A stretch of DNA of 64,000 nt from Selaginella moellendorffii (lineage: Eukaryota > Plantae > Lycopodiophyta), in NCBI RefSeq assembly GCF_000143415.4, contig NW_003314268.1, forward strand, positions 2,984,559 to 3,048,558, in the 5' to 3' direction. This document shows positions 47,550 to 60,399 of this stretch, in pieces. The position numbers and the translations under genes are program-made. The notes below the pieces were generated by a model. That model was not told the origin of the DNA. It did not search any database and saw nothing but the letters and a program-made list of their open reading frames with translations. Each line of letters begins with the position of its first letter. Positions within the stretch are counted from its first letter, which is position 1.

Positions 47550-50500
47550 TCAAAACTTGAGCTCCTCTTCGTCTCCGGCGAGGCTGAATCCGTTGGCCGC
47601 GACAAAGTCCTCGAGCGACTTGGCCATGGACGCGCTGAATCCAAACAGCTCTTGCAGCCTTTGCTGCTTCTCCGCCGGAGGAGACGTCTTTACGTAGATG
47701 CAGTAGAGATCTTTCAGCTCGTCCTCCACTGCCCACGACAGCTTCTCTGATCTTACAAGCTTGTCGCACAGCAGAAGATTTGTAAGCTGAGACACCTGAA
47801 ACAAGAACAAAACGTTGTCACGAATCTCACCAAGGAAACAGAAAAGAAGGGCTTTCGAGAGAACTTACCACTCCTGTCTCGTTCTTCTGCCTCAACAAGG
47901 CCACGGCTTGAATCAGCGAGCTCTTCAACCGTTGCTTGGTGAGATCGTCCACCATGCTCCGGCACTTCGCGGGATCGAGCTCCAGCTCCGCGGGCACGGA
48001 AGTATAGAACTTGTCCTCGTCGAACTCTCCCTTTCCGGACGAAAGCTCCCTGTCCACCAGGCTCCTATACATCTTCTCTCGTTGCTCCTTGGATATCATG
48101 CTGTCGATCTTCACGCCCGCATCCCGCATTTCCTTGATTTCCTCCACTTTGAGCTCGCCGCTCCTCACAGCAGCATCGATGGCTCCCGACATCTTTGTCG
48201 TTGCAATGTTGTGCACGACTTTTTGGAACGAATCGGATGGGAGGCCGAGCTGCTTTTGGACTTCAACGAGCTGTTCCATCTTCTGCGGCAAGAGCTTGCC
48301 ATCTGCAAGGATCACCTCGGCCTGCTGCTTGAAAGCCTGCTCTGCCAGCCCCTTGTGAACGGTGCCGATTTCCATCGGTGTGAGGCCAAGGATGATTCCC
48401 AGTTCACCAAGCCTTTCGAATTCGCTGCTGTCTCGTTGTACCACGATCGAGGACCCAAACGGCATGTGAGTCGTTTCTCCGGTGAGGCAGTATATCAGGT
48501 AGAGCCGATATAGATCCGTTCGATCCCTGGCTGGAAGGTCGTCACGCAGAGTTATCTCTTTCTGTGGCTCTTTTCCACTTGTCTCCCTGGTCTGGTCCGG
48601 TTTCGTCTTTCTGAGAGACTGTAGCATTTCCAGGCCATCGTCAATGTAATCGACTTCCTCCACTTTTTTCTCTTCCACGAACTCAGCCTTGACGACGTTG
48701 GGATCCTGTTTTATATCGTCCACCAGCTCAGTGACCACAAGGTTGTTGAAGAGGATCATTTTCTTCAGCTCTCTTGCCGACTCGGTCCGGTTGTCTGCTG
48801 TTCTTGACCTCTTCACATACGTCATGAACATAGTACGAACCTGCATTCAGCCAATTCAGTAACAATCTAGAAATTAAAGATTCTGCGTGACAGTACCGCT
48901 TTGCTTGCGATATCCATAGCCGCTTTTTGGCTTAAACGAAGGCCTTTAATGGCTGCCCGAACAGTGGCTGTCGTCTCTGGATCGTAGCCATCAACTCCCG
49001 AAGCAATGGCAGTATTGACGACCTGAGAGAGGAATTTTTAGTAAGAAAAGTACACGAAGGGAAGTATGAATACCTTTGCAAAAATACGGCCACAGATGTC
49101 TGCATGGGCAGTCTCAACAGTTTCCTGAGGAATGCACAGAAGAACACGCAGTCGCAGCAACGCTGAAATATCCTCGTCACTCAAACTACCGTCAGCCACG
49201 CATTGCTCAAGTTTTTGCCTGTATATTTCTGGAAATGAAACGAGAATTAAGTCAACAAGATGACTCCGATAGAAATTTACAAACCTTCGTGCACTTTGCT
49301 TGCCTTCGCAGGATCAAATTGAAGACTATTACAGAGATTCTGTAAGAAAGTTGCCTTGCTGGTTGCGGCATCAAGATCGCCGTCTGTAACTGCTAGTGAT
49401 AGCCGTCGGCGATAGACTTTCGTTGTGATATCCAGCATGATATCGTCGGCCTCGCGATTTCCAATGCCAAATGTGTTTTTCAGCTGAGCCAGCAAGGGCA
49501 GCTACAATAAAAATAAAACGTTATTGCTTAAGATGGGATCGTCTGTAACCGAGCGAGTCATACCTTCTCTTTGAGCAATTGACCATTTGATACTACAGCT
49601 TCACTCAAATATGTTCGATACAGCAGTTTAAGGTCATCCATTGCCCGATCGCTGTCATAGACACCTCCTGATCCATGAAAAGTGTAAGAAACAAAGAATA
49701 GTGTAGGCACTCAAACCTATGACCGATGCTGGGCCCACGCCTGGTACCAAGCTTGAAGAATCGGCATCCTTAGCAAGGGCGGACAGTAAATCATTGTATG
49801 CTAGCATGCTTTCTAGCTCCATCACCAATTTTTTCGTATCCCTGGAAACAGGTTATAAGTAACTTAGTCTGAATTTAGTCTGAACAGAGAATCATTAAAA
49901 CTTACTTGATTCTGGTTCGAGCTTTCAAGACCTCCAAAGCTCGAGAAATGTATCCTTCAAGAAGCTTTTGAGTGTGCGACTTGAAAAGGGAACTCGTAAT
50001 CTACTACAAACAGATCAGAACTATATTTCTTAGTGTACGCAAGTGTTACCTCGTCAGAGAGCTGGACTTTGAGCTGGATTCGCCGCAGTTCTTTCAGTTG
50101 GTCAATATTAACATCTATAGCAAGCGAAGTAATTAGAACAAAAATATACAAGTTCTATATGAAGAATACTTGCCTGTCCCAATTGAGCTTAGCTTTGTCG
50201 CAAATAGCCTCTGAGCATTGTCTCGAACTGCTATCTCAACCTTTGTACACAACATGAGTCAGAGCAGTGTACACACAAAATCCAAAACGAACCTGAGAAT
50301 CGGTAACTTTGAAAACCCGCTTCCAAGGTAGCAAAAACTTCGAGGCCTCGCCAAAAACAAGATTCGAAACGTATACAAGCTTTTGGAATGCCTGAAAATT
50401 AGACAGCGTCAGCATCGCAGGAAATATTCAAGCAGAAGAAATCTTACCCGAAGTTCTTCAACAGCAGTGTCTCTATCACCAGTTTCAAGTCGTTGCCTGA

Positions 50501-51342
50501 CAATTCGCCTGCATATCTAGAGGCAAGAAAAGCTGAGACAACCGGCAACCGGAGACCCAAGCGATTTTACCTCAATGTGAACAGCAGCAGCATCCGGATC
50601 GTCTAATCCCAAAGCCTCCTTGAACTTCCGAATCGTCGCGGCCTCATCGCCTTTGAGATCCTCGTTGCCAGGAGGAATAACAGAGCTCACAAAACTATCG
50701 TACAGATTGCGAAGCTCGGTATTAAACTTCTCATTCGTTTTGTTGATCCCAAACCTGAGCGAGCAAAGAAGAATCGAAGTCATCAAGATGAAAGAGCGAA
50801 ACGAAAAAAGCATACTTTTTGAGAATCCCCTCGATTTCTTCCCCTCGCAGAGACCTTGGATCGGGATGATTGACGAGTAGATTGTGCACCTGCGCTGCCG
50901 CTACATCGGGAGCCATGGAATTCACGACAAACGCTGTAGCTCCTCCAACAGCGCCCAGGGCGATTGCCCCGGCCAATGCAGCGTTGGGAGTGCCTTTGGC
51001 TTGGCTTCCCACTGCATAGCCAGCCATGAGAGCTCCAGCAACAATCGCCGTGCACGTCACATACCTCGTCGGGGCAGGCATGCCTTCGAGCAGCTTCTTG
51101 GGCCCCGACAGCCGCTTCTCACTCCCGAAAACATTCGATTTCTCCGCGGCCGATGCCGAGGAGGAGGAGGAGGAGGAGGAGGAAGCAACAGACCCGGAGA
51201 TTCTAGCTCGCAATATCCTCCTGCGAGAAGAAATGTGAGCCCTGTGCAGCTGCCGCGACGCGAAGAATCCACTATCGACGCTGCCGGGCGCTAATCTGGC
51301 GTGCCGGCGGCATCCGGCCGAGAGACACGGCGTCGGGAGCAT
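47550..51342 (-). CDS. TIC110: Chloroplast inner-envelope translocon TIC110, multi-exon
   Basis: Transit peptide, two N-terminal TM helices, LKGDEA..FKEALGLDDPDAAAVHIE, FQKLVYVSNLVFGEAS.FLLPWKRVFKVTD, ARELKKMILFNNLVVTELV, EITLRDDLPARDRTDLY. Confidence 0.96.
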
Positions 51343-51451
51343 TGCTCTTGCCCTGATAAACCCTAATTCATCGAGAGTGAATATTCCAAGGGATTTAGGC
51401 CGCTTGTAATGAGGATATTCTTGAAAATTTAGGGCTCTTTGTTCGTTTCCC

Positions 51452-53530
51452 ATGGACCAATCTCCAATGGACCGCGGTGTGAGAATGCTGGCATCTATCA
51501 TGGAGAATCGGGCAATGACGCAGGGATGGAAGGATCGCATCCCTCGTCTGGATCGTCTCAAGATGCTGCCGCTCCGGGAAGTGATCAGGGAATTCAAGGA
51601 TCGCTTTGAGCAGCAGCAGCAGCCCGGGAAAGATCGGGCGAAATGCCGGAAGCTCAAGTGCTACGAGGGCTATGGCGTCGCAGGATTCCTTGGAGCCGAT
51701 CCCGCGCGATCCGGGCACACTGTCGTCTCCGCGATCGAGGCCTGCGACGGCTGTGTCATCTTCATCGTGATCTTCAATGCCGTGACGTCGGATTCCAGCG
51801 CTGGCCAGGTTTGCTCCTTGTTTCCCAGGGATGTGGAGGTCGTGCTCAAAGAGCCGGTCCTCTCCACCGTGGAAGGATCGCATTTCCCGCTGCTCTTCGT
51901 CCAGTCGCCACTGTCGGTGGAGATCGTCGAGGCGAGGAAGAATCTATTCTCCAGGAAGGAGGAAGCTCGAGAGATCAGGCTCAAAGGCAACGAGTTCTTC
52001 GCGGCTGGGAGCTACGTCCTTGCGAGGCTGTGCTACGATGCTTCCATCGCAAGGAGCTCCAAGAAGATCACCAGGAAGCGCGACGACGAGGAGTTTGTGC
52101 TCGCGTCGTCCAACCGGGCGGAAGTTTTTCTGCGGTGCCAGAGGTACGAGGAAGCCATAGCCGATTGCAACCAGGTCCTGGGCATCGATCCACGGCATCC
52201 CAAGTGCCTTTACAGGAAAGCAATGGCGCTCTCTGCGCTCCAGCAGCACCGGCAAGCTCTGGAACTGCTCAACAAGGCCTTGACTGAGGATCATTCTTCT
52301 TCTTCTTCGCCTTCCGGAAAGGTGGCGATCAAGTCCGCCATCTCTCGATGCTCCAAGCTGCTCAAGCAGTCCGAGAGTGGAGTCTACGATCTGGAAGAGT
52401 TTCTTCTCAGCTCCTGCCGCCAGGATCTAGCTCCCGAGTGTGCCGACTTCGTCGGACCTGTGGAGATTCGGATGACTGGAGACGGGCGTGGAAGGGGAGT
52501 GTTTGTGACTCGGCGAGTCGACTGCGGAGAGCTCCTCCTCGTCGCGAATCCCATCGTCTACGTCCCCAACCTGGACAGGAAGCTGAGCGAGGCGGAGCTG
52601 CAGGGAAACTTGGTGGTGGAGACCGTCCGGGTTGGAAACTCCAGCACCCGGGCTTTGAAGCAGATGGACGCGCTGGCGATTCATCACAACATGACCGGAG
52701 TTCCCAAGCTGGCGAACTTCGGTAGCAACAGCGAGCTCGATACAAAGGAGCAGGCGAGCTCCATCTCTCCAGCCAGGGCGAGACAGATTATCAAGATGTC
52801 GTCGTTCGGGCCCAGGCTTGGTGGCGACGTTCCGAAGTTCGCCGGCATCTGGGGACTTCCAGGATTGATCAATCACTCGTGCCTGCCAAACGTCGCCTCG
52901 GACGTGTTTGGCCGAGCCATGATGATCCGAGCAGCCAGAGATCTCGAGGCTGGCGAGGAGATCGTTCTGTGCTATGTCGAGTGCCTGGCATCGTGGTGGG
53001 AGCACCGGAGGGACGAGTGTTTCATCGACTGGAGATTCACCTGCAAGTGCAAGCGGTGCGAACTGGAGAGCAGGCATCACGAGCAACTCAAGACGGTTTC
53101 GCTCCAGCAGGTGGACGTGATCGACAAGTCGCTGGAGCTCCTGGCGATGGCTGCGCAGGTCTCGCAGCTGGAACAGGTGCTGGACAAGCTCGACATCGCC
53201 GAGCTCGAGAAAGTGTGGATACGCGCCGGGGGAGCCGAGCTCTACTGCAACTACGCGATCAACGAGCTGGGGTCCTTCCACGGCAACGTGTTCGTCGGGC
53301 ACGTCCGGGTGATGGAGATGCTGCAGTTCACGGCCCCGGGATGGTTCAAGACGAGATTTCTCCTGGCTCGGCTGTTCTTGACGTGCCCCGAGCGAGACAA
53401 GGAGAGGGCGATGAAGATCCTGGTGAGAGGTATCACCGCGGCATATGGGAAGCTCCAGGTGAAGACGCTGCTCCACATAGCCGAGGCGTTTGGGACGGAC
53501 GAAGGGGTGAAGAGGATGATGGGAGTTTAG
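51452..53530 (+). CDS. TPR + SET domain protein (SMYD/ATXR1-related lysine methyltransferase), intronless, 692 aa
   Basis: TPRs (KGNEFF..Y, SNRAEVFL..YEEAIADC, HPKCLYRKAMAL); SET motifs GRGRGVFVT..GELLLV, INHSCLPN, AARDLEAGEEI..Y; post-SET FTCKCKRC. Confidence 0.9.
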   Translation: MDQSPMDRGVRMLASIMENRAMTQGWKDRIPRLDRLKMLPLREVIREFKDRFEQQQQPGKDRAKCRKLKCYEGYGVAGFLGADPARSGHTVVSAIEACDGCVIFIVIFNAVTSDSSAGQVCSLFPRDVEVVLKEPVLSTVEGSHFPLLFVQSPLSVEIVEARKNLFSRKEEAREIRLKGNEFFAAGSYVLARLCYDASIARSSKKITRKRDDEEFVLASSNRAEVFLRCQRYEEAIADCNQVLGIDPRHPKCLYRKAMALSALQQHRQALELLNKALTEDHSSSSSPSGKVAIKSAISRCSKLLKQSESGVYDLEEFLLSSCRQDLAPECADFVGPVEIRMTGDGRGRGVFVTRRVDCGELLLVANPIVYVPNLDRKLSEAELQGNLVVETVRVGNSSTRALKQMDALAIHHNMTGVPKLANFGSNSELDTKEQASSISPARARQIIKMSSFGPRLGGDVPKFAGIWGLPGLINHSCLPNVASDVFGRAMMIRAARDLEAGEEIVLCYVECLASWWEHRRDECFIDWRFTCKCKRCELESRHHEQLKTVSLQQVDVIDKSLELLAMAAQVSQLEQVLDKLDIAELEKVWIRAGGAELYCNYAINELGSFHGNVFVGHVRVMEMLQFTAPGWFKTRFLLARLFLTCPERDKERAMKILVRGITAAYGKLQVKTLLHIAEAFGTDEGVKRMMGV

Positions 53531-53582
53531 ACGAAGGGGTTTAACGCTAAAGGAGGCGGGGGTATAGGGTTTTGATGAGGTT

Positions 53583-55511
53583 ATGGCGCTTCTTCGTCGG
53601 CTGGTGAGGAGTGGTGGGTTCTTGGGCCTGACGAGGAACAGCAACACCGAATGCGGCATTGGAGTCTCCTTGAGGTATGCGTCCTCGGATTCCAAGAAGC
53701 CAGGTGACAAGCAAAAGGCTCCCGGATCATCGAAGAAAGAGGAGAAAGCCGGATCAAAGAAGGAAGAGAAAGCAGCACCAGCAGTCGCAGCGAAGGCCAG
53801 TGTAGAAGATGCCACTGTCGGCTATGCGAAGAAAGCTCCCGGATCGAAGCAGGAAGAGAAAGCAGCGTCGCCAACATCTGAAAGTGGCTCTGCCAAGAAA
53901 ACTTCTGCGAAGGCTTCCAAGGATGCTGGGACCAAAGATGCTGGGAAACAAGCTCTAGAGGATGACAAAGTTCCTCAAACGGCTTCAGCAGCTAGCGAGG
54001 GGGATGTAGCTCCGCCAGCCCAGTCGACACCAGCTCCCAGCGAGAGTTTGGACGAGGTGGCGTATCCCAAGCGACGCACAATGCCGCTCCCGGAAGATAG
54101 GCCAGCTCCGGAGGTCGAGGAGGTCGAGGCCCAGGCAGCTCCAGCAGTGAGAAAAGCTCCACCAAGGAGACCTTATATGCCATCACAAATGGCCTACGAC
54201 TACACGCTCCCTCTACCGAAGATCATCAAGGAGACGGCGACGAAGGAGAAGAAGGAACTTGTCAGCCTGGGAGAAGCCATTCGACTTGTCAAGGTACCGT
54301 GATGTTAAGTTTTAAGTTCATTCGGTCTGATCTTTCTTTCTTCGTTTTTTTCTTTTTCTTTAGAAATCCGCTCACTGCAGATTCGTCGAAACAGTGGAAG
54401 TACACATCCAGTTGGGAGTCGACCCGAAACGGTCTGATCAGGTCGGACGATTTTGTAGTGCATCGGAGTTCCTGTTATGACTGTATTGTTTTTCTCTTTT
54501 TTTGGCTGCAGATAGTCCGTGGTGCCGTGACGCTTCCCTACGGGAGTGGAAAGGTGAGACTTGGTGCATTTGTTTCCTCTTCAGCATCATGCGATTTATG
54601 TGAAGGTGGATCGTAGCGTAGGTTGTCAAAGTCGCTGTTTTTGCTGACGGGCTGGCGGCGGAAGAGGCATTAGCGGCTGGAGCGGACGTCGTTGGAACTG
54701 ACGATCTGGTTGAGAAAGTTCTTGCCAGTAAGCGATCGTTTAGCTTTATTCCGCTTCTCTTTTTCGCTAAGGTCCCGGACTTACAGGTGGAGGAAAACTT
54801 GACTTCCACAAATGTATTGCCATCCCCTCCATAATGCCAAAGCTCGGAAAGGTAATCGTTTTCCTCATGCTATTCCTTACTACGAAGTGAACCACTCGTA
54901 GATTGCGCGTATACTGGGACCGCGAGGCATGATGCCAAATCCCAAGGTAGGGAGAAAAAGCTGAGCTTTTACTCTAACAAGAGCGTTGTTCGCTACTTCA
55001 GACGGGGACCGTGACTGTTATGGTAGCCGATGCGGTGAGGGCCGCAAAGCAGGGACGTGTCGACTTTCGAGCAGACAAAACCGCTATCATTCATGCCGGG
55101 CTCGGAAAGGTAGCGAGAAACTCTTTGTATTTTGCTCGACTCATCCACTTGACACTTCAAACTCACAGGTCAATTTTCCGGACGAGCACCTGTTCCAAAA
55201 CATCGCCGCGTTCTCGGCAGCAGTTCTTGGTGCGAAACCAGCAGGATTCAAGAAAAGTAAGCGTCGTATACTTTTTAATCCACAAACTCAACGGAATGCT
55301 GTGATGCAGGCTCCAGGTATACTGGTTTCTTTGACAAGTTCTACCTCTCGTCCACGGTGAGTTCTCTAATTTTCTCAAGGGACAGCTTGACGATCTCGCT
55401 CGCTGGCTGCAAAATTTGCAGATGGGACCCGGCGTACCAGTGACGATCCAATCGGTGGCAACAGCATCAGACAACTATATAAAATCGCAAGCCGCCGCAG
55501 AGGCAGCCTAG
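53583..55511 (+). CDS. RPL1: Organellar (probably mitochondrial) ribosomal protein L1, multi-exon, long N-terminal extension
   Basis: [80 protein letters not shown]. Confidence 0.95.
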
Positions 55512-55650
55512 CGAGTTCCTTTTCTTTGATTTCCTTTTTGTTTGATCCACTCGAGCACGCTACCGCAGCTGTCGCAAGTCGGATCATTTTGCTACTACAT
55601 GCCATGCTTACACAAATTTCTAAAACCTTAAGCATGAACTCCAGATATTC

Positions 55651-56669
55651 TTACTCTTTCCTGAACACCTTCCTACGCTCGGTATGGTCTTTGAAGCGTA
55701 TGAGCGTGTAGAGACCACCTCCAATCTGAGCTCCCACCACCGGTCCAACGAAATAGATCCACAATGCTCTGAAGTCTCTAGCCGCCACCGCCGGCCCAAG
55801 CGTTCGCACGGGGTTCATGGAAGCTCCAGAGACATAGCTGCATTGCAAGTATATAAGCTCGCCATAGCCAACAAACACGCGCTTCTTACGTACCCCCCAA
55901 GCAAAATGTCCAAGTAGACAGCCAGGCCAACGGCGATTCCAGCCAACTCTCCAACCTGGTTGTAGCGTAAGAAACCATAGAAGCTTGCAAGCAACAGATA
56001 TGTTCTTACTGCTCGTGTGTCAGTGGCGACGCTGGTGATGACAAACATGAGGACCGCCGTGAGAACAATCTCAAAGAGGAGCGACTGGAGCGTTGACCCG
56101 GCTGGAACAGTGACGCCGGTTGCCAGGTGATCGGGATTATACATCCCTTTGAGGAGGAAAGCACAAGCCAGGGATCCAGCCAATTGCGCCACTATGTAGA
56201 GAGGCACCTTCAAAGAGCCACCATCTTTGATCATACCAAAGGAGAGACGAAAAGCTTGATTTTTACCTGGATCCATGAGAAATGCCTGAATGTGGCGAAG
56301 GCAAGAGTGACTGCCGGGTTGATGTGAGCGCCCGAGATGTGTCCCGTGGACATGATGACAATCGCCACTGCAATCGCGGATCCTCCCGCCAGGCCGTGAA
56401 TTCCCAGCGCTCCATTCGTTTGCGTGTTGATAATGGCGCTCCCAGCTCCTCCGAGCAAGAGGACCACGCTGCCCAGGAACTCACACAGGAGCTATACCAA
56501 TAAGAGATCGCTTAGATCCCCTCGAGCGACAAGATCAATGAAGCCTGTTCTTCTTGCTTACCTTCTTTGAGATTGTAAAGCTGGGACTGTATCCACTCAC
56601 GGGCTCCAAACTTGTCCCCGCCTCTTCGTCGTTTTGGATCAGAGCGTAATCCGTCGATCCAGACCCCAT
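55651..56669 (-). CDS. NIP: NOD26-like intrinsic protein (NIP aquaporin), multi-exon
   Basis: [64 protein letters not shown]. Confidence 0.95.
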
Positions 56670-56949
56670 GCTTGCGATGGATCGCTCAATTATACTCCAC
56701 CAATTTATCATGGCCTTCCTTTTTTCTTTTAAATTTAGAAAAAGAAAAAGAGTATATACAGCTGGCCGTCTGCTAGCTAAAGGTGACCAAACTTTTTGGA
56801 ACATGCAAGCATGTTATCAAATCCAAAACGAAGCTTCGGCCTCCATGCACAGTAAGAACAGAAATTATAATTATGTAAGGGATCTTGGCAAAGGTGTCCT
56901 TTTGATTAGTTTCTACAAATCGACCAATCTGAGCTTGACAATCTAGAGG

Positions 56950-57650
56950 TGGATTCGCTCACAATCTCTCGTCCATCACAACCTCTCAGAGTAGTCCCCA
57001 TGCATGCTCCAAAATCATACCGATCGGGCATATGCACCAAATCTTTGCTACCAATCCCATCCAAAACCGACCTTGCAGGCGCTCTAACGAGAGCCATCAC
57101 ATCGAATGCATCCTATTTTATCCCAGAATGCAGCCACTGCGCTCGAGAGAAGCTAATCCATTGCGTTGACGATTGCCACGCCTCGAGCTCCAGCTCGCAG
57201 ACACATTCTGCCCACTCTGCTGCGAGCATGATCGTCCCGGAGAAAACATTGGAATCCTCGCTCCCGTCAAGAACTTCCGGGCTAGAGCACCACATTTTCC
57301 ATACATGTTGACGAGGAGGTTTTTCAAACTTCCCATTCTATACTCCATGGAGTGGCTACGGATTCGTTTCCAGAGCACCCCATTGACGCAACACTGCAGT
57401 TATCCTGGCACGATTTGGGGGGAAAAAGAAATTCACAATTGGTTGACGAAACCAGAAAACAGAAAAATGTAGCTGTATAATCCTCTCTCACAGATTAGGG
57501 AGTTTGTCCAGCAAATGGTTATTTGCAGGTCGCTAATGGCAACATCCAGCCTATGATGTCGATTTGCTAGCATTCACGAGGAATCCACTGACGATGTCCC
57601 TGCTCATGGAGTCAAAGAGACCAAAGGGCTCGCCACTGCTTATTGCAAAT
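56950..57650 (-). pseudogene. Decayed PPR gene fragments
   Basis: NLLVNMYGKCG, (F)DGSEDSNVFSGTIMLAA, ARSVLDGIGSKDLV and LFDSMSRDIVS in different frames with stops. Confidence 0.7.
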
Positions 57651-58439
57651 GAGGCCCACAGGTTTCCTTTTCTTTCTCTAAGCTCGATTCTTAAAACTGT
57701 TTTGTTGGTTTGATTCACGTCTTCAGTTGCTGGCCAAGAGCACTGAAACTTGGATCGTGCTCCCACAAAGTTCTTGCAAGATGAATGAACTAGTTAATTG
57801 TAAGTCTTCATCTTCTTCTCGCTTTTCCTTGTTCCAGATAGAAGTTTGACGTCTTTCTTCACAGAGAAAGAAGAAGCAATATACTCAAAGCTCTCTTTCT
57901 TAAACCACTACCTCTTCGTGTTGGATCCTGACCGATGGTCTCAGTGGTTCTACTCCAGATACTCGTCAAGAGTGTGAGAGAGGCATTCCAAACATTGCAT
58001 CTGTCTCACTCCCAATCACCATTGGCCTGTGTATGGCAATTGATTTGGAACAGGGTGCCCATGGCCAAATGAATGGTTTATCTGGTTTTATGAATGTATA
58101 TTATGATTTTTTATGTTTGCAATAAAATTTATACCTTACAACACAAATGACATATTGAGTTTAGCTGATTGATAAATTTGACCATCCTTTATAGTGCCCT
58201 AAAGACCTTTAGATAGTTGGAACTATATGTTGTCTACCCTAGGAGAAATTCAAGACCTAAAAACAATCTAAAGAAGAAAAAAAATGTGAAGAAAAATTAA
58301 ATTTATAACTCTTTTTACTTTTTAGATTTTAAGTGCAATTCTTTTATTTTTAGTGTAGCATAGGATAAGATTTGAATATACTGTCACTATAAATCTTTAG
58401 AACATTAGGGGATAAATAGGAATAAAATAACCAATAAAC

Positions 58440-60050
58440 ACTTGTTATGATCTAGCATGAAAAGACAAAAATCTAATACATTACACCTCTTTAAGATTCT
58501 TCACCACCCAACCATCCCTTAAGTTACCTCAAAAGCTCCATTATGCCACTCAATCCTTCCCCCCCATCCCAAAAATTAATTATATTAGTGATCACCCTTT
58601 TTGAGGAATTTTGTTTAAACTCTTAGTCTATCATTCACAATCGTATACATCAAAGAGGCATTAGGACTTTCATTTCGAGATAATACACTCTTCAATTGGC
58701 TCACATAAAATATCAAATGAATTTTCACCCAATTAGCAACTGCACCCAATAAATCACCTTACTAATGTGCTTTAGCACTTCATATGGACTAACATATCGA
58801 TGAGAAAATTTATCACTCTTCTCATTCCACAAAAGCACTAAGGTGTTTTATTATGTATTTGATGGAAAAATCATTTACACAAAGATGAGATCACCCACTT
58901 TATATTCCTGGAATTAACAATGCTCATTAGCAAAATTCTCCATTGTATTTTGAGTTGCTTGCAAATTTTATTTGCGCATCACTAGAATCTCATCAAGTTC
59001 TATAGCTAGATCATTTGCCTTTGAGTCAAATTTATCTTGAACATCCTTACCCAAATGCAATTCTAACTCCACAACTGTTCAGGAATGCTTTCTAAATATG
59101 GTAAAGTAAGGATTTAACTTAGTTTCACTGTATTGGCTATTATTGTAAGCAAATTGCACCAATAAAAACTATAAATCCCATTGTCCTTGCATTTAACCAA
59201 TGTTATAGTATAAAATATCTTCCACTACCTAATTTACAAGTTGCCTATTTATTTAAGGATGACCTTTACTCAAAAAGTTTCAAAATCAATTGCATAGCCT
59301 TTACAAAGTTCTTCTAAAATCCACTTGTGAACTTTGAATCTCAATCACTAATGATGTCTTTCGGCAAACAACAATCAAGAAAAACCTTCTTTAAGTAGAC
59401 TGCAGCCAAGTCTAAAGCAATGACAATCTTTCAAAGAAAATGGTGTAAACAATCAAAGGAAACAACTCGAGAAATGATCTATAAAAGTTTAAATATAGAG
59501 AGAAAGGGCCCATGAATAAAAATGCTTTTTTCTAATCGGTTAAGATCTTAGGATATTTGGGATTAAGCATCCTTGGATTTGAATAATACTAGGCTGGATA
59601 ACCTTTTATGAAGTTTAAATTCAAGCGTTTACATTTAGTATCAAAGAAATCACGGGTCTGACTTTGTTGGTTGGCTAAGGGAATCACACCATATGTTGAT
59701 TGATATCTAGCAGGCCCAATTTGCTCCGGTTAGACTTGACTTGAGGAGTAGGGTGTCAAGAAACCGAGGCTCTCAAGTCCATCCATTATCATATATAAGC
59801 AATGGTCTAAACACTTATTCCTATATTCAAGCACTCACATTAGTGGTGAAGGGTATTGCAATTTGTCCCTAGAGGGCAAAACTTTTTAACAATGCTTTGC
59901 TCTAGTGTTTAAGATTAGGGCATAACTTACAGAGAAGCATAGTGAATTGTAAACAACTAAAGAGAACAACTCAAAAAACAATTCATAAAGATTCAAATAT
60001 AAAAGGAAAGCTTATGAATAGGAATGCACCCCTTTTTCCAATTAGTTAAG
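58440..60050 (-). mobile_element. Degenerate Ty3/Gypsy integrase region
   Basis: Minus strand PKDIISD*DSKFTSGF*KNF (about 59300-59370; cf. P..IVSDRD.KFTS.FW) and IHLIFYVSQLK (about 58690-58722; cf. HPVFHVSQLK). Confidence 0.75.
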
Positions 60051-60399
60051 CATAAGGATACTTGGGGTTAAACATTTTTGTAGTTTTGGAGGCAATCAAT
60101 GCTCTGATTCTCTTCTCAGCGTTAACCAGGATCATATGAAGGTCGGCCATATGATGGCCCATATCACTTTCAGATGTGGCACGGGATCGTCGACAACAAC
60201 TCTGAAAAAATATCACACAAGAAAAGAAAAGGAGAAAAGGTTCAGCTTCCAGCCATCTTCACGATGGAAATAAAAGCAAGGCACTCGCCACTCGGTTGGA
60301 TTCGCTTTTAGGCTTATTGATCTTCACCAGCTGAAATTTCTGGTAAGTTGAAAACGGAGTGTAATCGAACTGAGCATCTTCGCAGGAGACGAGTGGAAT

